Both the position numbers and the translations under genes were made by a program. Positions 25,640 through 38,017 of a stretch of 64,000 nucleotides of DNA are shown here, piece after piece; the first letter of the stretch is position 1, and each line of letters starts with the position of its first letter. Location: contig CM119371.1 in assembly GCA_051294905.1 (NCBI GenBank), positions 21,330,001 to 21,394,000 of the forward strand, given 5' to 3'. The notes beneath the pieces were generated by a model. That model searched no databases and was not told the origin of the DNA. It was given only the letters and a program-made list of their open reading frames with translations. The DNA comes from Botryllus schlosseri. Taxonomy: Eukaryota.

Positions 25640-28600
25640 ATGGACTGGTTCTCTGGAAACGTATATTCGAGTGCCAATACTCGAAATCCTTCCAAGTTCT
25701 CCGGATTCCCTAAAGGTCTTCAATCACTGGGAAAAGATGCTGAACAATTTTAGCACTGCAGTTGAGACTCCGAATACACCAGTTCCTAACTCTTTTGAAA
25801 ATCCCCACGCAGCTGTCATCGATAAGTTGGAGATCGTTACAGGGTAAGTGTCTCCCGACGTCTATTCATTGTTCGAACAGCTAGATACCTTCACGGCAGC
25901 AATAGACCTGCTTAGATCCAGGTATCGAAAGAAAAAGAACGTCATTTATGCAAGACATCTGCTGGCCATTGCGAAACAAGATTCAGGCAAATCTATCACC
26001 GATTTCCCACAGGATTTGCTCATGCTTGCTCGTGATTGTTCGTTCAAGAATGTATATGCGAACCAGCACAGACAAGAAGCCGTACGGAGTTCACTATAAT
26101 TACTGGTTTACACTCGTCAGCTATTCGTCTGCGCTGACTCGAACATGACGATTTGACGCTGGAAAAGGCCATTAAAATTGCAGAGTGTCTGGAACAGGCA
26201 CATAAGTTTTCTAGTTCCTATGAGCCGCAGAGTCAAACCTGTTCGGAATGTCAACAGCGATCACTCTGCTAATAGTTCCAATTTATCGGCGTTCAAATGC
26301 GATGTGATTGCCACGATTACATTAAAGAAGAAGTGCATTTTCTTCGGAAAAATTCACGAAAGAACATCTTGTCCCGCGAAAGATGCTTCATGCTTTCATG
26401 GTGGCGTGCGGGGACACTATGCGAAAGTGTGCAAATTGCGTATCGGAGGAGAACCTGCTGCCTCGTTGAACTCGTTAGTCTCTGGCTCGGCACTTGCTAG
26501 AATACCCGACTCTCTTCGGTATTCTTGCCTCGACGTCTCCGTTGCGCAATACAAAGTGAAGGCTTCGATAGATTCCGGTGCTTATGAATCGGTGAATCCC
26601 TATCAAACTTCCTCGGCCTTCGCCCGTTTGGTCGCAAGTACTCCATCACATTCGCAGGGAAGAGCTCCGTAACAACGGTTCTCGGGTAAAATGAAGCTTC
26701 ACTCGAGATACCGGGCTGTAATTACGGCAAAGTCAAATTCAGAGTCGTTAAACTTCTCATTGCTGATGTGATCCTGGGATTAGAATTCATGAAGCAGCAT
26801 GGGAAAGTTGTATTTGAATTTTGCGGACCATCGAAGGATCTCATCATTTCGAATGGTTTACATTGCGCCGTAGCAGCTGGGAGAGTATCCGCACCTCCTC
26901 AAATATTCAAATTCGTCGACCCTGAAGTGCGACCCGTAGCTGTCAAATCAAGAAATTATAGTTCAGATGACCGAAAATTCATTGCGAGTGAGTTGCCGAA
27001 GCTGATGCTGCGTGACGGTGTAGTACAGGGGCGGGCAACTTCTCCAGTCGGTGGGCCGGATTTTGGAAAATTAGGTACTTGGCGGGCCGGATTGCTGAAT
27101 CGATACATTATCCGCCCATTTATCCACATATACAAGGAATAAATCGTATTTAATGAATGTATTTTAACGACAGCAAATGTCTCTTCATAGCTATTTCTCG
27201 CCGATAATGGAGAAGACAATATGGATTTGAGAATAACATACAGGCGCCGCCATATCTGGTTCTCTCCAATCAATAAACACACGGTGCAATCCCTAATTAA
27301 GATTTCAAGGCGTTCGAGCGTTCGATAAACCCGGTAACCCTAATTTACCAAGATATCAATTCATTAGGGTTGAATAGGTGACGATATAGCGTCGCTGTTC
27401 AACTATCTGGCCTAACTAGTCTCGATATTGAATTCATGCGGCCCGCGTCCCCTACAAATTTGAAAAGTGGGCTGCGACCCGTTTTGAGTTGGCGACCACG
27501 GTGCCTTACAAAAGCCTAGAAGTGTGCCATGCTACAAGTCGGCGGTTACGGAATCAAAAATAAGAAATATCAGCCTGGTGTAAACGACCAGTGTAGTCGA
27601 CAAAAATCATGATTACCACAGACGACATTATGGTTGAGTGCATCGCAAATGCCGATAATGCAAGTATTCTCGCTTCGACGAACTTACGCGTAAGCTCGCC
27701 ACTCTCGCAACGCTGCCCAGTGCCCATATACGTATATCATAATCACAGTCACTAAACTTTGACGTAGCAAGCAAGTAGTGGGAAATCTCGGCAGACTGGG
27801 GCCGCAGGTCACATTATCATGTAAGACGGAAAACTGTCTGCGGGCCGCATCCGCGGGCCGTATGTTGCCTGCCCCTGGTGTCGTAGAACGTTCCGTGTGT
27901 CCCTGGCGAGCCCAGGTCTTGGTAACGAAAGATTGTCGGCACCAGAAGAGGTTAGTAATCGATTCCTCACAGACCATCAATAGGTTTACTCCTCTGGATG
28001 CATACCCTTTGCCCAAAATATAGAACATCGTGAACGACGTGGCGAAAGGAATGGTATATAGCATCATTGATTTGAAATCTGCTTACCACCAAGTACTGCT
28101 ATCTGTATCCGATTGGCCCTATACTGCTTTCGAAGCTGGTGGGTCGTTGTATCAATTTTATCGTCTCTCTTTCGGGATAACCAATGGTGTAGCTGCGTTT
28201 CAGCAGTTCAGTGATAAATTCATTGCTGAGCACAAACTATGGTACTGTTGCCTATCTTGGTATCGTCACGATTCATGAGGAAAACTAAAAAGAGCACGAT
28301 GAAAGGCTTCAAGCCTTCATGTCTTCTGCGACAAATTGGGGATTGACTCTCAATCAAGATAAATGTTTGTTCTCCGTGTCAAAACTCTCATTACTTGGAC
28401 ATTTAATATCACATAACAGAATTCAGCCGGATCCTGATCATGTTAAACCATTGCTCGACATGCCAGTTCCTAATGACGATAGCAGTTTGAAACGTTTCAT
28501 GGGGATAATGGCTTACTCTTCGAAGTGGATCTCTTCTTTATCGGGGCAAATCAAACCATTATGTCAAAATTGCCGTTGATTGGCTTTCAGCTGGAAGCCA

Positions 28601-29150
28601 AAAATACTCTGAAAACGGATTTATTACGCGCCTGTTCAAATTGTATTTATGACGATGAGCCTTTCCAAGTTGAATGTGATGTTTCAGACCACGCCATCGG
28701 AACCATTCTGAGCCAACGGGGCACTCCAGTCGCCTTGATGTCATAAACCTTGTCTAGAAGCTAGATCATGTATCCGGCTGTTGAGAAAAAGGCGTTGGCA
28801 TTCATAGAATCGGTCAGAAAATGGGGTTATCTGTTGATCAGAAACGAGTTCCAATGGATCACAGACCAGAAGGCGCATTCATTTATTTTCCGATTAAGTC
28901 ACCGGGGCAAAATCAAGAACAGCAAGTTATTCATATGGAAATTAGAACTAAGCTCGTTGAAATTATTCATCTTCCTGGTAAGGAACACGTGGGTGCTGAT
29001 GCACTTTTTTCGTTTGTGTTCTATTTCGTCGTCGTCTGGAATGTCGTAACGATTCCGACGCAACTGTTGAGGAGCCACCGATCCGAAGGTCATCAAAAAT
29101 CAGACGAGCGCCGGAATGGTATGGTGACCGCACAACATGACTTCAGTTCA
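25640..29150 (+). pseudogene. gag-pol pseudogene (gag, aspartic protease, RT, RNase H; integrase core missing)
   Basis: gag KKNVIYARHLLAIAKQ and a degenerate zinc knuckle (CFHGGVRGHYAKVC); protease IDSGA; RT PWRAQV, LDAYPLPKI, IDLKSAYHQ, TAFEA, FGITN; RNase H VECDVSD, EKKALA, ITDQKA; multiple stops and frameshifts; YxDD decayed. Confidence 0.93.
27026..27877 (+). mobile_element. hAT MITE C, copy 1, inserted in the Gypsy RT N-terminus
   Basis: TIR CAGGGGCGGGCAAC / GTTGCCTGCCCCTG; TSD GTGTAGTA / GTGTCGTA; homologous to 32581-34212. Confidence 0.92.
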
Positions 29151-29179
29151 GTGGGCCGATCATTTTAGGCTGGAGAGAT

Positions 29180-29387
29180 TGTGGTGTTATATTTATACGT
29201 TAGGTGTTTACCTTCTCTTCATTCCCGCTAGTAATTACTTCGTGCGTTTGTCTATCTATTAGTTCATCATTCTGGTTTAGGGCGTTCTGAGAGTAGCTTG
29301 TGTTTCCTGATTTACTTCTGTTTTAACGTTTATATTCTATGTAGCATAGTCTACACTTTTAGTGAATAAAAGCCTAGAAAGCCAACA
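29180..29387 (+). repeat. 3' LTR
   Basis: TG...CA termini; follows the purine-rich tract; lacks about 35 bp of U5 present in the 5' LTR. Confidence 0.85.
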
Positions 29388-30975
29388 AGCATAAATAATG
29401 TTCTCCCTATTGCGGCAATTCAAATGTGGCCTTTTGAGATAATAAGTTTGTACGCGTTTGGTGATTATATTGGTGAAATCATCGTAATTAACCATAGCGT
29501 TATCGATATCAATTCTGACCAGATAGTGTCCAAATATTTTCAAAAAGTAATTTTAATGCATCAAGATATCCAACCTGTTGTATGGATTGAGAGTCACATT
29601 GTTTCTTGTATTGTTAAGAGTACAAATCCAACGGCACCTAGAAGTTGGGAAGCCGAAAAAATTGTTGGAAACCTGATATGGTATACCGTTATCATTGACA
29701 GATCTAGCACAGGAGTGGCCAACTGGTTAATGGGCCACATGAGATTTACGAGCCACTGTGTGGGACACTTGAACGTTGATGACCATTTTTGATGTTCCGA
29801 CTAAGCGAACCGAATTAGGTAACGTTGAAAACAATACTTTATTACTGTACGCATTAAAAGTAACAACGTATATGTTCATGTCTTGGACGCGCCAGGCGCG
29901 AAATATTTTCAAAGGTAATGAATGAATTCCATGAACAATAATGTTCTTACATATATTGCGGGTCGCCTCTGTATAACATTGGAATCATTTGACAAGGATA
30001 GGAATATTGGGCGCTTAGAAGTATCAATAACGAAGATTTCGGCGAACCTTTGTCAAGCATTTTCTACAAAGATTTCATCCGTGACGATGGTACTGCGAGT
30101 GCACACATGAAGTTGCATGTTTGCATGATCTTTAGTTACAAAGATAGTTGGAGTCAATGATGTTAGTTATGCGTATTTTTAATTTTCAGGGGGACTCCAA
30201 TGCTGAAAGCGAGGAATAGGGGGCCACTAATTGCGCGAAATGCTAAGAAACATTTCAAGTCGAATAAATCTGCTACAAAATATTCTACTTTAATGTCAAT
30301 TGGCATATACGAACATCTACGAAAATATGGCTGGCCCCTTGCTACGTCACAGCGTCGAAGCTGATGTTTCAGTTGTCAACATCTCAAATTTCGAGGCCAG
30401 GCTAATCAATATTGGGTAGGCCTTGCAATTTCATCTGAGTAATTACTTGTTTTGATGCTATTACTGTAATTTCGCGGTACCTCGCGGGCCACACAAAACG
30501 TTCTTTCGGGCTTAGGGTTGGTCGCCGCTGAACTAACATGGTGTTATGATGGTAATACGTTGAGGTCATCGACTGTGCTATTTTGCTGACTGCATCTCTC
30601 ATACTCGTAACAGAAAATATCAACGCATATCTGTACATACCGTTAATCCCTTGTGACGAAATACGCAAGCTGCTATCTTTGAAGAGGGGATTGCAGCAAC
30701 AACCGAGTGTATATATTCATTTTGAAGTAAAGTCACGGTACCACAGTTGTTGTACATATATATACCAGTATAACGGCTATAAGAGAGATGTCGTAGGATC
30801 GTTGCTAAAACGAAGGTTAGTGTGTGCGACAATTAGTCAGCGATGAGGTTGAACAATTAGGACAGTATATCAAAGACATTTTGTCACAATTTGCAGAAAT
30901 ACGTTCTCATCTCAATTGCCGTACTGTCGTCGAACAGGTGGTAACAGCTTTGAGTTCAAGAAAGAAACATAAAAG

Positions 30976-32329
30976 CAGTGGTTCTCAACCTTTTTTGACA
31001 CGCGCCCCCCTTGGAGATGGTCAAAAAAATCACGCCCTCCTGACCCCACTTGCATTTATCGTCATGTCAAAAAGAGCACATCATCTAATAGAGGTGGGCA
31101 ACGTTTTTGATAATCACGGCCGCATTTCGATTGCTTATGTAGCGTAAGGCCGCATTCCAGGGCATAGCCGCAATGAACGATCTGGACGCAAAATTCTTAT
31201 GGTAAACTGTCCATATCCAATCCGGTGAACTCCGGACTATTCTACTTTTCACAATGGCCTATTATTGTACGCACCGAAATCGCGAGTGGCAACGTTATGA
31301 ATTGTTGCCGTGAGGTGCATATTGTCACGCGGAGCGCGAAAATTTTTCAGGTCCGCGAACGAACTGTTATTTCTTGCCAATTCCCATTCCGGCTCAGATT
31401 AAGAAGGGCGCTACTGCATTAAAATCGAAAAATGAAGTCTTGTTGAATTACGCGGAGGGCGAAGAAAATTTCAAGATTAATTAAAATCTCTCGAAAATGC
31501 GGGAGTGAATTCGTAATTGCAATTTGCATGTCTACGGCCGCCAACACATACTAATTGAATTAGGCGTCGACGGCCGCTCAAATTCCCTTCTACGGCCGCA
31601 GGCTACCCACCCCTGATCTAATAGTATACATAAGGTATATCTTACGCCAATTTTGAATCTGCATTCCAGTTGTTGAGTCTTTTACATGACAAATTTCTCG
31701 AAACTTGTTTATAAATAACAAAAAAAAACATTGAACAAGATATCCGTTAATTAATTTCAAGGTAGGTCACCCTGAGACTAATCATGATGCTGGTAGTGAG
31801 TACAGAGAGCAAGGCGTCGTTCTGTCCTGCCAGGCTAAAGTTGATCAGTTTTGGAAATTAATTACATTGTGTTGATTTATAGCCTAATTGAGGGCGAAAC
31901 TGGGTAACCTATGTTGCATTCAAGTCTGTCTTAGGCAGTGCAGTTCGCAAGCTACTAACAACAGCTGCCCAGCGCGACAAGCTTTAGGCTACTGTCAAAG
32001 CTATGAAGCAATGAATGACGTACACGTGGGAATTGCTCTCTATATCTCCAACGAATTTCAAAAATTTGCTCAAATCAAGTTGAAATCAGACTATACTCCG
32101 TTGAGCGCGGTTGCTAGAGTTTGTATTTTGCAAGCTTTCTTGAATATGGAATAAATTTCATCTTCATTATTCGTCTTCTCATAATGGATGTGAAACACAT
32201 GTTCAGACACGTACAATTTATACTGACTTTGTCCATTTCTCGCGCCCCCCCCCCCCCCCTATACTGACTTCGTCAATTTTTCGCGCCCCCCTGAAAGCCT
32301 CCCGCGCCCCCCAGGTTGAGAACCCCATG
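30976..32329 (-). mobile_element. MITE Q copy 2 (inverted), with the same nested B
   Basis: Reverse complement of 1195-2549 along its length; flanks CATAAAAG / ATAAAAG differ from the copy 1 flanks. Confidence 0.92.
31091..31615 (-). mobile_element. MITE B within Q copy 2
   Basis: Flanked by ATCTAATA (31083-31090, 31616-31623), the reverse complement of TATTAGAT; terminal CA lost on one end. Confidence 0.88.
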
Positions 32330-32580
32330 ATAAAAGTAAATGTGAATAATGTTCAAGCTGTTCATGATAGTGACCAACATGATCGACGGACCCTTCAAGT
32401 TCACAAAGCCATCAATCCGTTAGAGTTAAAGAATACTATTTTGTTGAATGTAGCGTAGCCACAAACAGCCGTACCATACATATTATGACATTACCTCCTT
32501 GGACTATACCAACTGACAAACCATTAACTCGTCGCATAGTGGAAATATCACACATCGTGATCTGTATTCGTAATCTATTA

Positions 32581-34212
32581 CAGGGGCGGGCAACTTCTCC
32601 AGTCGGCGGGCCGGATATAGGAAAATTAAATACTTGGCGGGCCGGATTGCTGAATCGATACATTTTTCGCCATTCATCCACATATTCAAGGAATAAATCG
32701 TATTTAATGAATGTATTTTAACGACAGCAATGTAACTTCAAAGCCATTTCTCGCCAATAATGACGAAGACAATGTGGATTTGAGAACAGCATTGCCATAC
32801 AGGCACCACTATGTTTGTTTCTTTCTGATCGATCACCACGGTGCAATCCCTAATTAAGATTTCAAGGCGTTCGATAAGCCCCGTACCACAAATTCACCAA
32901 TATATCTCTTCAATAGGGTTTACTACAGGTATGACCAACCTTTTTGCCATTCACGGCCGCATTTCGACTACTCATGTAGCCTACGGCCGCATTCCAGGGC
33001 ATAGTCGTAATGAACTATATCTGGACGCCAAATACACATGCTATAGTCCATGTCCTTTTCCGGTTAGCTTCGGACTTATCCATCTAATCACATAGGCTTA
33101 CTATACGCACCGACTTCGCGAGTGGTCACTGGTGACTGGTCATGGTTATGTTATGGGCCGTACATAATCGCGCTAGGCGCGAAAAATCTGATTCACCTAT
33201 GAATTTCGTGACAAATAATAGTATTTTTCATGTTATTTCTCATCCAATGTCATCAGATTCAACTGTAGATTTGATGGAGGGTGCGTTTTTAAAAATTTTA
33301 GGACAAGATATCAATGATGATGCATCTTCGGGTGGGCCAATTATAATTAGTCACTTGGTTGCATGCTATTATTTCTTGACCTACCATCAAGTTTGTCCGT
33401 ATAGTGAGGAGTACAAGACTCCGAGTTGGTATTTCTATATGAGGCGCATCATTTTCCTCTGCTGTTCACGTCTGTACTGTGGGGCTATGATTGCAAAGGG
33501 CGCCACTATAATAAAATCGGTAAACGAAGTCACATTGAATTGAAGGAAATTTCAAGATTGATTAGGATCTCTCAAAAAATCGAGACTCAATTTGTAAATT
33601 CAAATTGCATGTCGACGGCCGCCCGCACAAACGGTACTAATTGAATTGTCCACAAATTTCCCTTCCACGGCCGCAGGTTGGCCACCCTGGTTTAGTAGGT
33701 GACGAGATATAGCGTGGTTGTTCAACTGTGTGGCCTATTTTATCTCGATATTGAATTCAGGCGGCCCGCGGCCTCTACAAAATTTGAAAGTGGCCCGCCA
33801 CCCGTTTCGAGTTGGCGACCCCTGGCATAAGCGATGTCTTACAAAAGCCTAGAAGTGTGTCGTGCTACAAGTCGACGGTTACGGAATCAAAAATATGAAA
33901 TATCGGCCTAGTGTAAATGACCATTGTAGTCGACAAGCACCATCATTACCACAAATGACATTAGGGTTGAGTACATCGTAAATGCCGATAATGCAAGTCT
34001 TCTCGCTTCGACTAACTTACGAGTAAGCACCACCCTCGCTCACTACGCAGTGCGCATACATGTGTATAATAACATACAGTCACTAACATTTGACGTTTAC
34101 GCAAGTAGCAGGGAATCTCTGAATACTGGGGCCGCGGGCCACATTATCATGTAAGACAGAAAACTGTCCGCGGGCCGGATCCGGCCCGCGGGCCGTATGT
34201 TGCCCACCCCTG
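32581..34212 (+). mobile_element. MITE C copy 2, with nested B-family insertion
   Basis: TIR CAGGGGCGGGCAAC / GTTGCCCACCCCTG; colinear with 27026-27877 except 32926-33697; only TATTA shared by the flanks. Confidence 0.88.
32926..33689 (-). mobile_element. B-family MITE nested in C copy 2
   Basis: TSD GTTTACTA / GTTTAGTA; empty site (GGGTTGAATAGGTGACG) near 27367 in C copy 1. Confidence 0.85.
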
Positions 34213-35350
34213 TATTACACAGATGCAGTAAATATATAATGTCTGGGACTTTGTAATGAGTTTGTAACCAAGACTCAATTGTCAGAATAATATCATGCTG
34301 TTTTAGCAGTGTGGGCTACTTACTATAGACATTAAGGTCATTATTCATATCCCAGACAAAAAATCAAGCGGCTGATACTGAATGCATACCGCAGTATGCA
34401 GGCTTTCTCTGGGATTTTAACTAAAGGGGGGGAAAAATCTGATATATCAATTGACAATGTGAGAATATTTATAGTTAGAGTAATGGGATGATTCCCCGTT
34501 GATAGTTTAAGGTTCATGATTAACAGCATACAAAAAACACAATGTAGATCAAGGTTCTTAAACTTTATTTGAAATTTTATTGAAGAAAAAATATCAATTT
34601 TTTCGTACAATCAGTATATGAACTGTATTGATGCCCGAAAAGCGCCATAATAATGAGAGGAAGGATGGTATGAACCCCCAATCTACATTTAAAAAGTAAT
34701 CATCATCAATCTAAAATAGTGTTTCCCAACGTGGGCGATATTGTCCATCTGTGGTCGATTTTGAGAACAGGGGTTGAAAATACCAAATTAGGCGACTGGG
34801 GGGCGATACGGACAGAAAATATTGGAACGTCAGTAATATTTATCTAATCAACACGGCGAAAAATGCACGTGAAAACGGCTTATTCTGCATGTGACGCGAA
34901 AAAAAGGACAACTCAACGGAAAGTATACGCGGAAACCGGTTTTCATAGCATCTACTCGGATAAATTACATTTTTAAGTCATTTCACCAGCGGAGATTTAG
35001 TTCAATAATTGTCCAGTTTTTATACCTCCTTTCACGGATTTCGTAATAAGGGGGGGGGGGGGGGATGAAAATTTGTGCCGAACTGTAATGGGGCGACGAG
35101 TCAAAAAAGGTCGGGATTCTAAATCATCGACAATCTGTACTTGCAATAGTCCTATTTGTGCGTTGTATGGATGAAACTAAAATGTTGTGATTGCATTTTA
35201 GAGTTGCTTTAAATAGTTGAAAAATAGTCGATGCGCTTGAATCGCATTACATTGACTGATATTTCATTTTGTTGGCCCCGTACGCGTTCGACGCTGTGTA
35301 CGACGTCAAATGCATTTCCATCAAGCTTAACACGCCAATTCACTGTAAAT

Positions 35351-36404
35351 CAGAGGTTATCAACACGTGGCCCGATGACCGCATGAGGCCTGCGATCTAC
35401 ATTCAACTTCAAGAAGAACGCTAAGTGAAGCATTTTGAAATCCTGAAATTGATTTCAGTTTCGAATTATAGTTGTTGTTGTTTCAATCTATACTCATGTG
35501 CCAAATGTAACTACTCCCCACAGACTGAAACGGCTTCGGGGGTGGCAACAGCATTCTGAGGGAAGTCAGGGGATACGAATGGGCAATGGACATATTACCT
35601 TGATGTGCAATTGCCAAGACACCGTCAAAACTGAGACGCTTAGAAAGCGGCTTGGTACATCACCCCAGGATTAAGCTTTTGGGGTGGGGTAGTTTTTCAG
35701 CTAGTACAGTGTCTCATGAGCCCTAATATAGGCTTACCATACGTCCTCTTTTAAGACGATTCATCCTCTTTTTTGGCTGTTTTAAAAGTGTCCTTGGAGG
35801 ACGCCCTTTTGTCCTATTTTTTGAGATTTCGTCCTCTTTTTTGAAAATTTAGGTCAGCTTTAGAGCAAATTGCGACATGCCGCAAATTAGCACAGAAGTG
35901 AAGCTCCGGCGTGTGTTTTGGAGTGAAAAACGGTGATGTTAGGTCTGAGCGAAAAGATGATTTTTTTTTAGTCAACCGATCACAAAGCGGGAAAAATTAA
36001 CCGGTTTTTGAGAATTCTAGTCCGGTTTTGCAAGTTGCATATTTCTGAAAAAGTGTCCTCTTTTTAGATTTCCAAAATATGGTAAGCCTACCTAATATCG
36101 ATCGCTTGGTTGCCGAAAATCGCTCTTAGGTATCGTGCGTAGCCCGTAGTTCGAAATAAAAGAATATTGATGATCATGATATTTTTTGTCGAATTGCATT
36201 TCATTATTAAAATACTACTTTTTCTGGTGACTATTCTCGCCTCCCATGTCAGAGAGAACAGCGTTTCACTGACGTAAAGATTTAGAAACGTGGTTGCGAA
36301 AAGTGTGGCCTATAGTGACTCGACATCTTGATTCGTGCAGCCCGCGGTCTCTACGAAATTTCCAACGTGACCCAACGCCACCAGTTTTGAGTTGGCGACC
36401 ACTG
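35351..36404 (+). mobile_element. hAT MITE D copy 1, with nested E
   Basis: Ends CAGAGGTTATCAAC / GTTGGCGACCACTG; perfect TSD CTGTAAAT at 35343-35350 and 36405-36412; homologous to 58141-59075. Confidence 0.88.
35729..36090 (+). mobile_element. MITE E copy 2
   Basis: TIR TAGGCTTACCATA; flanked by CCTAATA(T); empty site CCTAATAT in D copy 2 near 58778. Confidence 0.9.
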
Positions 36405-36629
36405 CTGTAAATGTATTTTCATCAAACCTCTAGCACGCCAATTCTCCGTTAACACAATGTAATAAATCATGTTTCAATTGTATCGATGAAAACATTTCCT
36501 CGAATTATGTAAAAGACACACTTTCCAATAGCGATGATATTTTCTAGTACGAGGGTGCATCTCAACTGAGTTTTTCCATGAATTGTCGCCTCCTTATTCT
36601 TGTCATTCCTCGACATATGTGAATGTTTT

Positions 36630-37485
36630 TCAACGAAATTCCTCGCACGTATATATATCGCACTCATACCCTTTCACTTCATCATGACTCTTGCTGTGTC
36701 TTGGACTGAGCATTGAATGCTGTCGCACGTACCTCACACATACGCATGCATACAGTCGGTATTTCATTTTCGTATGGGCGGAATAGTGACTTATAAGGGT
36801 AGACTTTTTCGTAAAGACCTTTCCGCATATCTCGCACTCGTATTCATTTGTTTTAAGGTGTTCCGCCTCCACGTGTGATTTAATGTACGATCTCAAACGA
36901 AATGCTTTACCGCAAATTTCACACCTATGTTCCTTCTCTCCTGTGTGAATCGAATAGTGGCTTTTCAGTAGCCATGTGTGCCGTGTGGATCGAATGATGT
37001 TTTTTCAAATCACCCTTCGCTACGAAATCCTTCCCGCAGACATGGCATTGACAGTCCTTCGTCCCGGCGTGAATGAAATAATGACGTTTCAGGTGAGCAT
37101 TTTGTCGAAAACGTTTTCCACATACATGGCATTCATGATATTTGGCTTGTGTATGAATCAACGAGTGTGTTTTCAAATTACTCTTTAAAACGAAACCTCT
37201 CCCGCATACCGAACATACGTGATCTTTCACGTCGGTGTGAATATCACATAATGGTAGTTCAAGTGACCTTTTCGTCCGAAATCTTTCCCGCATCTATCAC
37301 ACTCGTAATTCGTTGATCCAACATGCATAAAATAATGTGTTTGCAAATGACCCTTTGCTGTGAAACCTTTACCACATATATCACACTTGAACTCTTTAAA
37401 TTTGTCATGACGTTTCTTGTGTTTTTTTCATCTCGTATTCAGTGATGAATCGTTTCGCACATACACCGCACTCGAACTCTTTCAA
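36630..37485 (-). pseudogene. Partial C2H2 zinc-finger pseudogene (tandem copy of fingers 4-12 of the adjacent gene)
   Basis: Colinear with about 37990-38863; no start; frameshifts split it over ORFs 36925-37293 and 36630-36896; finger 10 is largely deleted. Confidence 0.9.
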
Positions 37486-37750
37486 TCGTGCGCAGTTCAC
37501 AGTTCAAAATAAAATGAAATTGATGATCACGATAATTTTCGGTCGAAAAGTAGTTATTTAATAAAAAATACTTTGAGTAGATATTCCCGTAGCCTTGTTA
37601 AAGAGAACAGCGTTGGACTGAAATACAGAGTTACAAACGTGGTTGTTAAACAAAGTGTGACCTATTTTGTCTCGATATTGCGATTCATGCGACCGGCGAC
37701 ATCGACCAAATTTCATGTGACCCACGACCCTTTCCAATTGGCGGCCCTTG
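37486..37750 (+). mobile_element. Right-end fragment of MITE D, carried by the tandem duplication
   Basis: Matches 36131-36404 and is followed by the same CTGTAAAT flank. Confidence 0.8.
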
Positions 37751-38017
37751 CTGTAAATGCATTTTCATTAAACCTAGGGAAAACCAATCTTCTGTATAAG
37801 TTGTATTAATCCAAACGTTTTCTCAAATTATGTAAAACACACATTTACTGGCAGCGATGATATTTTCTAGTACGAAGACCAATCTTCACTGGTTTGTTCA
37901 TTGAATTGTCGTCTTCATATTTTTGCCGTGTCCATAATTTCTGAAATGGCGCACAAGTCGATGTTTTACAACGAAATTCTTCGCGCGTATACATCTCACT
38001 CATATTGTTCCACTTCA

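Larger units (their letters stand above)
25392..29387 (+). mobile_element. Decayed Ty3/Gypsy LTR retrotransposon
   Basis: Two direct LTRs, gag-PR-RT-RNase H order, purine-rich tract GGAGAGA just before the 3' LTR; TSD not identified; left boundary approximate. Confidence 0.95.

Noticed and set aside
26956..27282. Similar ORFs at 26956-27282 and 32436-32681 as genes
   Set aside because: Chance frames across the left end of MITE C.
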